From contig JBCCKS010000005.1 in assembly GCA_039027295.1 (NCBI GenBank), positions 10,043 through 74,042 of the forward strand: a DNA stretch of 64,000 bases, written 5' to 3'. The translations under genes were made by a program, and so were the position numbers. The notes beneath the pieces are model-generated. The model did not search any database. It worked only from the letters and a program-made list of their open reading frames with translations, and had not been told where the DNA came from. Source of the stretch: Pseudomonadota bacterium. Lineage in GTDB: Bacteria; Pseudomonadota; Alphaproteobacteria; Micavibrionales; Micavibrionaceae. Position 1 is the stretch's first letter. Every line of letters begins with the position of its first letter. Positions 29,422 through 39,265 of this stretch are shown here, one piece after another.

Positions 29422-30840
29422 TTATTTGGTTTCTCCTGTAAATGAAAATTGAATATGAACATCTTTTAAAGCCTCTTCAACCATTGATTGAAGGTTTTGC
29501 ATACCGGGTTGTGTTTTTGCTTCCACTCTTGTGACGAGGCAGTTTTGAGTGTTGGACGCTCTTAAAAGCCACCATCCTTCGTCTGTTGTCACTCTGACTC
29601 CGTCAAGAGTATTGGCTTGAATGTCTGGATTGGATTCTAAATTTTCTTCTATAGATCTGATTAAATTAAACTTATCTTCTTCGGGAACATCTATTCTAAT
29701 CTCTGGCGTACTAAACATTTTGGGGAAGTGCGAGACATAGCTTGATAAAGGCTCGATGCCGTGACTGACAATATTGATTAATCGAATGGCACAATAAAGC
29801 GCGTCATCAAATCCATAGTAAATATCATTAAAGAATATGTGACCGCTTAATTCTCCTGCAAGAGGTGCATTTGTCTCTAGCATTTTATTTTTAACAAGAG
29901 AGTGGCCAGTCTGGCTCATAACAGGTTCACCACCTAGTTTTTTAATCTCTTCAAAAAGCAGGGATGAGCATTTCACATCAGCGATAATATTTTTATTAGA
30001 CGATTTTTTTAAAATATCTTTTGCATAGATTGAAAGAAGAAGGTCGCCGCGAATAATATTACCTGTCTCATCCACAACACCGATACGATCACCATCACCA
30101 TCAAAGGCTATTCCTAAATCACAGTTTTTTTCTTTGACTAAACTAATTAAATCTTCAAGGTTTTTATCAACTGTGGGATCAGGGTGGTGATTCGGAAAGT
30201 CCCCATCTACATCTTCATATAAGAGATGGTGATTACCAGGAATTTGAGAGACCAAGTCTTTTAAAATATTTCCAGAGGCCCCATTCCCGTTATCCCATGC
30301 TATAGTAAGTTCACGATCAACTGATAAATCTTTTAAAAGACGAGCTATATAGTCTTGTGAGACATCTTTTTTTGACACGCTTCCAGTCCCTTTTTCAAAA
30401 ATACCGTCCGAAGCGATTTGTCCAAGTGTTTGAATGTCTTCACCAAAAACACTTTTACCACCCATCATCATTTTAAATCCATTATAATTGGAAGGATTAT
30501 GAGATCCTGTAATCATAATGCCAGCATCGGCTTTCATCTCTTTCACAGCAAAATAGAGCATAGGAGATGGGCCCAAACCAATATCAACAACATCGCAGCC
30601 AGTTGAGGTGAGGCCTTCAATTAGATTTTTTACCAAGTCAGGGGAGCTATGGCGTCCATCATAGGCTACAAAAATATTTTGTCCTTTTTGTTGAATAACC
30701 TTTGTTCCAAAAGCTTGGCCTAATAAAAAAGCGTCTTCATTATTCAGTGTTTCACCGATAATTCCCCGAATATCATATTCTCTTAAAATAGAGGGATGAA
30801 ATCCATTATTTGAGTTTTTGATCAGCGTAGCTTGCGTCAT
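29422..30840 (-). CDS. phosphomannomutase / phosphoglucomutase
   Basis: 472 aa with the active-site loop ITGSHNP, the metal loop FDGDGDR and GE.SGH. Confidence 0.9.
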   Translation of the reverse strand: MTQATLIKNSNNGFHPSILREYDIRGIIGETLNNEDAFLLGQAFGTKVIQQKGQNIFVAYDGRHSSPDLVKNLIEGLTSTGCDVVDIGLGPSPMLYFAVKEMKADAGIMITGSHNPSNYNGFKMMMGGKSVFGEDIQTLGQIASDGIFEKGTGSVSKKDVSQDYIARLLKDLSVDRELTIAWDNGNGASGNILKDLVSQIPGNHHLLYEDVDGDFPNHHPDPTVDKNLEDLISLVKEKNCDLGIAFDGDGDRIGVVDETGNIIRGDLLLSIYAKDILKKSSNKNIIADVKCSSLLFEEIKKLGGEPVMSQTGHSLVKNKMLETNAPLAGELSGHIFFNDIYYGFDDALYCAIRLINIVSHGIEPLSSYVSHFPKMFSTPEIRIDVPEEDKFNLIRSIEENLESNPDIQANTLDGVRVTTDEGWWLLRASNTQNCLVTRVEAKTQPGMQNLQSMVEEALKDVHIQFSFTGETK

Positions 30841-31724
30841 GACTCAATAAATTTCTTTAAAGATTTTTTTAGAGGATCAGCAATATCGTTAGAATCTAAT
30901 CCATAAGCGATGTTAGCTTGTACAAATCCTAAACGGCTACCGCAATCATAACTTTTGCCCTCAAACTCTATTCCATGAAAAGGTTGTTCCCCAATCAGCT
31001 TGGCCATAGCGTCTGTGAGCTGAATTTCATTTCCTGCGCCTTTTTCAAAGCTGCTTAAATACTCAAAAACATCTGGCTGTAAAATATAACGCCCAACGAC
31101 AGAGAGCGTAGAAGGGGCTTTATCGATTGCAGGTTTCTCAACTAAGCTTTTTATTTCTGTTGCACCATTTTTCTTTGTGCCGGTTTCAATAATTCCGTAC
31201 TTGTAAACTTCTTCTTTAGGTACATCCTCTAAAGCAATAATGTTCCCGCCTAGATGATTGTAAACATTAACCATTTGCTTAAGACATCCCACATCGCCTT
31301 TCATCAAAACATCAGGAAGAAGGATAGCAAAAGGCTCATCTCCAACTAATTTACGCGCGCACCAAATAGCATGGCCTAGTCCTAAAGGCTTTGCTTGCCG
31401 TGTTGTGAAAAGCTTGCCTTCTCTCATCTGAGACGAACGCACTTTTTCAAGCATATCGTCTTTTCCCCGTGCTTTCAGTGTGTCCATTAATTCTGGTTGG
31501 TAATCAAAATGCTCTTCCAGCATTTCTTTTTGCCGCCCCGTGACAAAAATAAATTCTTCAATGCCAGCTTCCTGAGCTTCTTCAACAACATGCTGAATAA
31601 GAGGGCGATCACCAATTGGCAACATTTCTTTGGGCATTATTTTTGTGGCAGGCAGAAATCTTGTGCCAAGGCCCGCTACAGGAAATACGGCTTTTCTGAT
31701 AGGTTTTTGATTTTTATTAGTCAT
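30837..31724 (-). CDS. galU: UTP-glucose-1-phosphate uridylyltransferase
   Basis: 295 aa with KAVFPVAGLGTRFLPATK..PKEMLP and VEKP. Confidence 0.9.
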   Translation of the reverse strand: MTNKNQKPIRKAVFPVAGLGTRFLPATKIMPKEMLPIGDRPLIQHVVEEAQEAGIEEFIFVTGRQKEMLEEHFDYQPELMDTLKARGKDDMLEKVRSSQMREGKLFTTRQAKPLGLGHAIWCARKLVGDEPFAILLPDVLMKGDVGCLKQMVNVYNHLGGNIIALEDVPKEEVYKYGIIETGTKKNGATEIKSLVEKPAIDKAPSTLSVVGRYILQPDVFEYLSSFEKGAGNEIQLTDAMAKLIGEQPFHGIEFEGKSYDCGSRLGFVQANIAYGLDSNDIADPLKKSLKKFIES

Positions 31725-31782
31725 AAAAATTAATAATAAAGCTTTATTCTTTTAAAATCCTATCCTAAAGTTTTGTTATCTT

Positions 31783-33582
31783 GTGTCAAAGAATTTATCT
31801 GAAATGAAAACAATGACTTATGGGCAGAAATTAGAGGCATTGCGAGCCGAAATGGCCGCTCAAAATATTCACGTTTATCTTGTCCCGCGCACCGATGAGT
31901 TTTTAGGGGAATCAATTACTCCGAATGCTGAAAGATTAGCTTGGATATCAGGATTTACTGGCTCTGCAGGGATAGGAATTATCTTAGAGGATACGGCCTG
32001 TGTTATGAGTGACGGTCGTTATACGATACAGCTTACGCAAGAAGTTGATCAAAATTATTTTGAACTTGAGAATTCTCAAGAGGTGACACCATTTGAATGG
32101 TTAGAAAAACAGATTAAGTCCGATGATATCATTGGCTTTGATCCAAAATTATTCTCTCCTGCTTTTATAGAAAAGTTAGAAGACAAAAATCTGAAACTAA
32201 AATCAATTGATCAGAATTTAATAGATAATATCTGGGAAGACCAGCCGGATGCGCCTGTCACACAAGCCTTTCTTTTCCCCAATGAGGTTGCAGGGAAGAC
32301 AGCGGCTGAAAAAATCGAAATAATTCAAAATGAAATTATAGAACAAAAATGTGATGAGCTGATTATTACACAGTTAGATTCTATTGCGTGGCTTCTAAAT
32401 ATTCGCGGGAATGATATTTCTGATGATATTGCCAATAAAGGAAATGCAATACTCCCTGTTATTCAGTCATATTTGATTTTACCTCGCGAGGGTAAGGCTA
32501 GATGGTATGTTAATCCGGAAAAATTATCTGAAGACGTCAAAAGCAAGCTATTAGATATAGTCTCTTTCCATGCTTTTAAAGAGATTGAGCACGGGCTCTA
32601 TCAATCATCTAATCGTAAAATTTGGTACGATCCAAAGCGATCATCTGACTATTTTAAACAGAAACTCAATACCAATAGTGATGCATTATATGAAGCAGAT
32701 GATCCATGTATTTTCATACGCTCTCAAAAAACTGAGCCTGAACAAAAAGCGATGAAAGATGCTCATATAAAAGATGGCGTAGCATTGGTAAAATTTCTCA
32801 AATGGTTTGAGGAGAATGCTCAGAATGGAGACTTAGACGAGCTTACCGTTGAGGCCCAATTAGAAGAATTTCGAAAGCAATCGCCAGACTATAAAGAACC
32901 TAGCTTTAGTACAATTGCGGGCTTTGGGGCGAATGGTGCAATTGTGCATTACCGCGCCAATGAAAAAACGAATAAGAAGATTGAGTCAGGAAATTTTCTC
33001 CTTCTTGATAGCGGCGGGCACTACCATTACGGCACAACCGATATTACAAGAACCATTCCAGTAGGGAATGTGTCTGATGAAATGAAGAAAGCGTATACAC
33101 TTGTTCTGAAAGGTCATATTGCTCTGGCGCGCGCAAAATTTGACCCTCAAACTCTAGGTAAAGATCTTGATGATATAGCCCGAAAGCCCTTGTTAGATCA
33201 TGATATGAACTACTCTCATGGAACAGGACATGGCGTTGGATGTTATCTCTCTGTGCATGAAGAAGCACCCTCTATTAGTCCAAGAGGGGAGCAGCCTTTT
33301 AAGCCCGGTATGATACTATCTAACGAGCCTGGATATTATAAAGAAGATGAGTTTGGAATCCGTATTGAAAACCTCGTCCTTGTAAAGTCTGAGCAACAAG
33401 AATTTTATTTTGAAACTATTACATGTGCACCTATCGAAACGAGCTGTATTTTAGAAAGTCTTTTAGAGGAAGAAGAAAAAAAATGGCTCAATCAATACCA
33501 TCAAAGTATTTTTGAAAAACTAGCTCCATTTCTTGATGAAAATCATAAGAACTGGCTTACAGAAAAAGTAAAACTGATATAA
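31783..33582 (+). CDS. M24B-family Xaa-Pro aminopeptidase (aminopeptidase P type, long form)
   Basis: 599 aa with a creatinase/prolidase-like N domain and the pita-bread metal ligands (DSGG.Y..GTTDITR, HGTGHGVG, EPGYY, RIEN). Confidence 0.85.
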   Translation: MSKNLSEMKTMTYGQKLEALRAEMAAQNIHVYLVPRTDEFLGESITPNAERLAWISGFTGSAGIGIILEDTACVMSDGRYTIQLTQEVDQNYFELENSQEVTPFEWLEKQIKSDDIIGFDPKLFSPAFIEKLEDKNLKLKSIDQNLIDNIWEDQPDAPVTQAFLFPNEVAGKTAAEKIEIIQNEIIEQKCDELIITQLDSIAWLLNIRGNDISDDIANKGNAILPVIQSYLILPREGKARWYVNPEKLSEDVKSKLLDIVSFHAFKEIEHGLYQSSNRKIWYDPKRSSDYFKQKLNTNSDALYEADDPCIFIRSQKTEPEQKAMKDAHIKDGVALVKFLKWFEENAQNGDLDELTVEAQLEEFRKQSPDYKEPSFSTIAGFGANGAIVHYRANEKTNKKIESGNFLLLDSGGHYHYGTTDITRTIPVGNVSDEMKKAYTLVLKGHIALARAKFDPQTLGKDLDDIARKPLLDHDMNYSHGTGHGVGCYLSVHEEAPSISPRGEQPFKPGMILSNEPGYYKEDEFGIRIENLVLVKSEQQEFYFETITCAPIETSCILESLLEEEEKKWLNQYHQSIFEKLAPFLDENHKNWLTEKVKLI

Positions 33583-33610
33583 AAAAAGCCGCTCAAAAAG
33601 CGGCCTTTTA
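33583..33610. terminator. bidirectional terminator between aminopeptidase P and rpsU
   Basis: An A-run, then gccgct-caaaa-agcggc, then cttttaa. Confidence 0.6.
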
Positions 33611-33627
33611 AGATTATATAATCTTGA

Positions 33628-33825
33628 TTAATAATCGTCGCGTTTACGCGCCGCTTTTCTTGATCGGCGGATATTTTCTTGTTTTTCACGCTTACGTTTT
33701 TCTGACGGTTTTTCAAAATCACGACGCATTTTCATTTCACGAAAAATACCTTCGCGTTGCATCTTCTTTTTCAAAACACGTAAAGCCTGATCTACGTTAT
33801 TATCACGTACATTGACTTGAACCAA
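33628..33825 (-). CDS. rpsU: 30S ribosomal protein S21
   Basis: 65 aa: [47 protein letters not shown]..., a typical S21 sequence. Confidence 0.92.
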   Translation of the reverse strand: MVQVNVRDNNVDQALRVLKKKMQREGIFREMKMRRDFEKPSEKRKREKQENIRRSRKAARKRDDY

Positions 33826-33960
33826 TGCTATTCACCACCTTTCAAGATTATTTGGTGTTAAAACAATAATTTGTGCTTTATTACCCCTGCTAAGGCCTAA
33901 ACACAAGAAAATTATGAATAATTTCTTAGATTACTCTGTTTTTCTTAAAAAATACTGAAA

Positions 33961-35577
33961 TTAAGCCGCTTTTCGCGCTTTTAGATTTAATGCCGCTTCT
34001 AAAAGCTTTTTCGTGTAGTCCTCTTGAGGATTATTAAAAATATCTGCGGCTTTCCCATATTCAACAATTTTACCATCTTTCATCACGAGCAGATCATGTG
34101 ACATAGCGCGCACAACACGCAAATCATGACTGATAAACAGATAGGCTAAATCTTTTTTACGTTGAAGCTCACGAAGCAGCTCAATAATTTCAATTTGTAC
34201 GGACATATCAAGTGCCGAAGTTGGTTCGTCTAATACAACAAAATCTGGCTCTAAAACCATTGCGCGTGCAATTGCAATTCTTTGACGCTGGCCGCCTGAA
34301 AATTCATGGGGGTAGCGGTGGCGGGTATCAGGATTAACGTGAACTTCTTTTAAGATATTCACAACAATGTCATCCCGCGCTTTTGCATCTAAATCTTTGC
34401 GATGGACTTTTAAACCTTCGCCAATAATGTCTGCAATGCTCATGCGGGGTGATAATGCACTAAAAGGGTCTTGAAAAACGATCTGTAAGTCTTCGCGTAA
34501 TCCAATCATTTCTTTTTTGTTAAAATTAGAAATCTTCTTATCTTTAAAAGAAATATCACCTTGTGAGTCGAGTAAGCGGATCAGGGAATATCCTAATGTT
34601 GATTTTCCAGAGCCGCTCTCTCCAACAATTCCTAATGTCTGGCCAGATTTAATTTTGATATCTATTCCGTCAACTGCTTTGATCCATTCCTTTGTTTTTC
34701 CAAAAAATGATTTCTTAAGGGGGAAATGAACTTTTACGTCAGAACCTTTTATAATGACTGGGGCATCTTTTTTAATTTCGGCTGGTTCGCCTTTTGGCAT
34801 TGCGCCTAAAAGTTTTTTTGAATAATCATGTTTCTGTTTTGAGAAAATTGATTTGGCATTTCCTTGCTCCACAATTTCACCTTGTTTCATAATGCAAACA
34901 TGGTCAGCAAATTTCTCAACGATTGATAAATCATGTGTAATCATCAGCATCGCCATATCAAGATCACGTTGAAGCTCTTCTAATAATTCTAAAATTTCTG
35001 CCTGAACTGTTACGTCTAATGCGGTCGTTGGCTCATCTGCGATGAGTAATTCAGGATTATTCGCTAGAGCCATGGCAATCATGACGCGTTGACGCTGTCC
35101 TCCTGAAAGCTCGTGAGGGTATGCTTTCAAACGCTCTTTTAATTTTGGTAATTGAATTAAATCAAGCAACTCTTTAACGCGTTTTAATGCGTCTTCATCA
35201 CTCATTTTTTGGTGTAATTTTAAAACCTCCCCTATTTGTTTATCAATTTGATGAAGAGGATTGAGCGCTGTCATTGGTTCTTGAAAAATCATTCCAATTT
35301 GTGAGCCACGGACATGGCGCATGACGCTATCTTTTTTGCCAACAAGCTCTTCCCCATTAAATTGAATGCTTGATGTTTGCGAATGATAAGCAAGAGGGTA
35401 GGGTAATAACTGCATAACAGACAAGGCTGTGACAGATTTACCAGATCCGCTTTCCCCAACAATCGCAACTGTTTGTCCTTTATCAACCGAAAGGGAGACA
35501 TTTTTTACAGCATGAAAAGGGGTTTCTTGAGATCCAAAGAATACATCTAGATTAGATATGGTAAGTAATTTTGACAT
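33961..35577 (-). CDS. yejF: dual-ATPase ABC transporter subunit, YejF type
   Basis: 538 aa with two Walker A motifs (GESGSGKS twice) and two LSGGQRQR signatures. The oligopeptide/microcin C-type architecture matches the yejA/B/E genes nearby. Confidence 0.85.
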   Translation of the reverse strand: MSKLLTISNLDVFFGSQETPFHAVKNVSLSVDKGQTVAIVGESGSGKSVTALSVMQLLPYPLAYHSQTSSIQFNGEELVGKKDSVMRHVRGSQIGMIFQEPMTALNPLHQIDKQIGEVLKLHQKMSDEDALKRVKELLDLIQLPKLKERLKAYPHELSGGQRQRVMIAMALANNPELLIADEPTTALDVTVQAEILELLEELQRDLDMAMLMITHDLSIVEKFADHVCIMKQGEIVEQGNAKSIFSKQKHDYSKKLLGAMPKGEPAEIKKDAPVIIKGSDVKVHFPLKKSFFGKTKEWIKAVDGIDIKIKSGQTLGIVGESGSGKSTLGYSLIRLLDSQGDISFKDKKISNFNKKEMIGLREDLQIVFQDPFSALSPRMSIADIIGEGLKVHRKDLDAKARDDIVVNILKEVHVNPDTRHRYPHEFSGGQRQRIAIARAMVLEPDFVVLDEPTSALDMSVQIEIIELLRELQRKKDLAYLFISHDLRVVRAMSHDLLVMKDGKIVEYGKAADIFNNPQEDYTKKLLEAALNLKARKAA

Positions 35578-35602
35578 GATATGAGCATAACTGAATCAGG
35601 GT

Positions 35603-35633
35603 AAAAAAAAAGCCCCTAAAATAGGGGCTTTTC
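35603..35633 (-). terminator. rho-independent terminator after the fasciclin gene
   Basis: agcccct-aaaat-aggggct flanked by A8 and T4. On the minus strand the stem is followed by a T-run. Confidence 0.65.
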
Positions 35634-35649
35634 AAAATTCATTTGTTTC

Positions 35650-36195
35650 TTACTGAGGCATTACAACGCCTTCGATAGCATGAATGACGCCATTTGATGT
35701 TTTGACATCAGCAATGACAACTTTTTGACCATCGACTGTTACACCGCTTTCGTCTTTAAAAATTGTGATTTCTTGTCCTTGAAGCGTTTCAATCTTTGAA
35801 CGTCCTTCAGGAATATCTGCAGCTTTAATTTTCTTACCAATAACATGATATTTAAGAACACTTTGTAGCTGCTCTTTATTTTCATCTTTTAATAGCGCAG
35901 CTAAGCTCTCTTCTGGAACTTGTGCAAACGCATCATTTGTTGGAGCAAATACAGTGAATTTTGCTTCTGGATTTGATAACGCTTCAACAAGTTCTGCTTG
36001 CTTAACAGCAGTAACTAAAGTACTAAAATTTTCGTTAGAAACAGCTGTTTCAACAATGTTCTTTTTCATTGCTTTCTTCTCAGCTTTTTCCATTTTTGTT
36101 TTCTCAGACTTATCACCACCACCATATGCTAGGGCATAGCCGCTTGTGAGTGCAATTGCTGATACAGCGGCAATAGTTAGGAAAGATTTTTTCAT
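35650..36195 (-). CDS. fasciclin (FAS1)-domain secreted protein
   Basis: 181 aa with a signal peptide and the FAS1 boxes FTVFAPTNDAF and NGVIHAIEGVVMP. Confidence 0.85.
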   Translation of the reverse strand: MKKSFLTIAAVSAIALTSGYALAYGGGDKSEKTKMEKAEKKAMKKNIVETAVSNENFSTLVTAVKQAELVEALSNPEAKFTVFAPTNDAFAQVPEESLAALLKDENKEQLQSVLKYHVIGKKIKAADIPEGRSKIETLQGQEITIFKDESGVTVDGQKVVIADVKTSNGVIHAIEGVVMPQ

Positions 36196-36280
36196 TGTTT
36201 CTCCTTCAGATTAATACAATTATGAGAAAAATGAATGGAGATAGGTGATAGTTCCCATCTTCATCATAAGTTAAGAAAGC

Positions 36281-37171
36281 TTAGATTGTAACGCCTGCCT
36301 CTTCTAAGCACCACGCTAATATAGCCTTTTGAATATGAAGACGGTTTTCTGCTTCATCGTAAATAACAGAAGCTTTTGATTTTGCAACTTCTTCGCTTAC
36401 TTCCTCCCATTCATGGATAGGAAGACAGTGCATAAATATAGCGTCAGGATTTGCGGCCGCCATTAATTCTGAATTCACCTGATAGGGCCAAAACTTTTCA
36501 ATCGCTTTTCCATCTTGACCTAAAGACACCCATGTATCAGTAACAAGAACATCTGCATCTTTAGCTGCTTCTTTCGCACTATCAGTTATGTGAAGAGTCT
36601 TTGGTGCTTTTTCATGTAAATCTTCAGGGAGGGCAGCAATAAGGTCAAAATTGAAAATTTGACTTGCCTCCATGAAGGATTGCAGAACATTATTATAATC
36701 ACCGAACCAGGCAATTTTTTTTCCTTCTACGCTGCCTAAATTTTCTTCAATCGTCATGAGATCAGCCATGATTTGGCAAGGGTGAGAATAGTTTGTCATG
36801 CCATTAATGACAGGCACGGATGAATAACTGGCAAGCTCCTCTAGCATTTTATGGTCACTCATTCTGATCATGATGGCATCCACATAACGCGACATAACAT
36901 TGGCTGTGCTTTCAACGCTCTCTGCACCGCCTAATTGCGATTCACCTAAATTCATCACAATCGAATGCCCCCCTAATTGTTTCATCGCGATTTCAAATGA
37001 CATTCTTGTGCGCGTTGATAATTTATCAAACATCATGGCTAGAGAAAGACCTTTGAAAAGCTGCGGAGGATTAAATTTTTGAGATTTTAGCTCATGCGCT
37101 TGGGTGAGTATTCCTTGAAGAGTATCTCGATCAAAATCTGTTAAATTAAGAAAATGCCTGACGTTACTCAC
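36281..37171 (-). CDS. argF: ornithine carbamoyltransferase (short, 296 aa)
   Basis: STRTRMSFE, HPCQIMAD, DTWVSLGQ (an SLG variant of SMG) and HCLP. The exact substrate (ornithine versus acyl-ornithine) was not verified. Confidence 0.8.
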   Translation of the reverse strand: MSNVRHFLNLTDFDRDTLQGILTQAHELKSQKFNPPQLFKGLSLAMMFDKLSTRTRMSFEIAMKQLGGHSIVMNLGESQLGGAESVESTANVMSRYVDAIMIRMSDHKMLEELASYSSVPVINGMTNYSHPCQIMADLMTIEENLGSVEGKKIAWFGDYNNVLQSFMEASQIFNFDLIAALPEDLHEKAPKTLHITDSAKEAAKDADVLVTDTWVSLGQDGKAIEKFWPYQVNSELMAAANPDAIFMHCLPIHEWEEVSEEVAKSKASVIYDEAENRLHIQKAILAWCLEEAGVTI

Positions 37172-38394
37172 GATAAAGCGCCTTCTTTAATGACATAGCG
37201 AAGTTTTTCAATCGCTTCATCAACATGCTTTTTTTGGAAGATCAAAGGCGGGGTCATCCGTAAAGATTTTGCCCCAGCCTGAGTAGCAATTAGTCCATTA
37301 TCGAGTAACGTATTGAGAAGTTTTTTAATATCGTAGACTGTATCAATTCCGATCATTAGGCCAATACCGCGAATATCTTCAATTGAATTTGTGTCTTCTT
37401 TTAACTTTTGTAGTTCATCCATGAAATATAAGCCGGTTTGGCGAACATTCTCTAAAAATTCGGGCTGATTAATTTGCTTAACTGTTTCATAAACTAATCT
37501 TGTGCCCAATGGGTTACCGCCATAAGTTGTCCCATGATCCCCAGCATCGAAAGCCGACGTATATTTCTTTTTTCCTAAAAAAGCCCCAATAGGGAACCCT
37601 GCGCCCATTCCTTTAGCAATTGTGACTAAGTCAGCTTCCACATCATAGTAATCATGCGCATAAAGCGTTCCAAGGCGGCCCATGCCAGCCTGAATTTCAT
37701 CACAGACTAGGAGAATATCATACTCATCACATAGTGTACGCAGGCCGTGAATAAAATCTTTTGAGGCAGGGCGGATACCGCCTTCTCCTTGAACAGGTTC
37801 AACTAAGATAGCGCAGATGTCATCATTAATAAGAGATTTTACGCTGTCTAAATTATTAAATTCTGCGAAGTGAATGCCCGGTAGATAGGGACCAAATTCT
37901 GGATATTTTAATGACTTATGCGTCGCACTGACCGCGCCATAAGTTCGGCCATGAAACGAGCAATCAAAAGCAATAATATCTTTGCAAGTTTCACTTTTAT
38001 TTTTATGTGCCCATTTTCTAGCAAGCTTTATTGCCCCTTCAACCGCTTCTGCGCCTGAATTGCAGAAAAAGATTTGTTCTGCGCAACAATTCTCAATAAG
38101 TAATTCGGCTGCTTCAATTTTTGGTTTCGTTGGAAAAGATCCCACACACATTGTAAATTTATTCAGCTGGTCAATTGCCGCTTGAGTATATTCAGTATTG
38201 CCATGTCCAAGAGAGCTAACGGCAATCCCTGCCGCGCAATCTAAATATTCTTTTCCTGTGTCATCATAAAGATAAACACCATCGCCGCGCTCTAGCGTAA
38301 CAGACTTTGCAGGGTAAAGCGGCATAATGACATCTGTAGCTCGTTCCTGCATTGTAAGATTACTTTTATCAATCATATCATTCATTTGCGTCAC
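37168..38394 (-). CDS. argD: acetylornithine aminotransferase
   Basis: 408 aa, class III PLP aminotransferase (SGAEA.E.A.K.AR, DEIQ.G.GR.G, T.GGNPL). It overlaps argF by 4 nt. Confidence 0.85.
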   Translation of the reverse strand: MTQMNDMIDKSNLTMQERATDVIMPLYPAKSVTLERGDGVYLYDDTGKEYLDCAAGIAVSSLGHGNTEYTQAAIDQLNKFTMCVGSFPTKPKIEAAELLIENCCAEQIFFCNSGAEAVEGAIKLARKWAHKNKSETCKDIIAFDCSFHGRTYGAVSATHKSLKYPEFGPYLPGIHFAEFNNLDSVKSLINDDICAILVEPVQGEGGIRPASKDFIHGLRTLCDEYDILLVCDEIQAGMGRLGTLYAHDYYDVEADLVTIAKGMGAGFPIGAFLGKKKYTSAFDAGDHGTTYGGNPLGTRLVYETVKQINQPEFLENVRQTGLYFMDELQKLKEDTNSIEDIRGIGLMIGIDTVYDIKKLLNTLLDNGLIATQAGAKSLRMTPPLIFQKKHVDEAIEKLRYVIKEGALS

Positions 38395-39262
38395 CTGAAT
38401 TTTCTAATTCTTCTTTGAAGTATTTCTGCTTTTCTTTTTCTCTGACAATCATTGTGCCTACACCGCCTGTGCTGTAAACCTCGTCACATAAACTATTTTT
38501 AGTGAATCCGTTAATAATATGAACCCGTTTTACGCCATTTCTTAAGGCATAGATACAATTTTCTAATTTCACGCGCATACCTCCAACGGCAACATCATCA
38601 TCAATCATTTTTTGAGATTCTGACGCCGTTAACACAGAAATTGTCTCGTTATTTTTCTGAACCCCATCAATATTCGTTATAAGGATAAGCTTGTCAGCAT
38701 TGATTTGTGTCGCCAATGTAACCGCCATATTATCAGCGTTTATATTTAACGCTGTGCCTTGATCGGTGAATGCAAGGCACGGGAAAACAGCTAAGTTTGT
38801 TGAAATAAAATGCTCCTTAACGGCGTTAGCATTAATATCTTGAACTGTTCCGTCATATCTTTCCATGCCATCTATATCTTCACGTCTCTTAGAGTATCCC
38901 CAGTGAGGAGGAAGAGCATTGAGCATATTCGAAGGAAGTTTTTCCTTTACAAGACTTTCTAAGATTTTAAATCCTAAATCACCCGCTAGAGTTTTTTTGA
39001 TAACTTTAATATCTTGTTTTGAAGAAATACGCCGGCCATCAATTTTATGAATGTCTAGGTTTGCATCTTTTAAAGCCTCGTCAATGGCCGCTCCACCACC
39101 ATATATCAGAAGAACATTAATATTATCTTCGATAAGCTCTTTGATGTTTTTAATAAGGTTTTCTCTAGCGTCAGTATCAGTAATAATTTGCCCGCTAACC
39201 TTGATAACAAAGAGCTTTCCTTGAAATATCTGACGGTAGAATTTTTTAAATGAGTCAATCAT
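38378..39262 (-). CDS. argB: acetylglutamate kinase
   Basis: 294 aa, amino-acid-kinase fold (VIKVSG, YGGG, NINAD..A, TNIDGV), sitting between argC and argD. Confidence 0.8.
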   Translation of the reverse strand: MIDSFKKFYRQIFQGKLFVIKVSGQIITDTDARENLIKNIKELIEDNINVLLIYGGGAAIDEALKDANLDIHKIDGRRISSKQDIKVIKKTLAGDLGFKILESLVKEKLPSNMLNALPPHWGYSKRREDIDGMERYDGTVQDINANAVKEHFISTNLAVFPCLAFTDQGTALNINADNMAVTLATQINADKLILITNIDGVQKNNETISVLTASESQKMIDDDVAVGGMRVKLENCIYALRNGVKRVHIINGFTKNSLCDEVYSTGGVGTMIVREKEKQKYFKEELENSGDANE

Positions 39263-39265
39263 AGT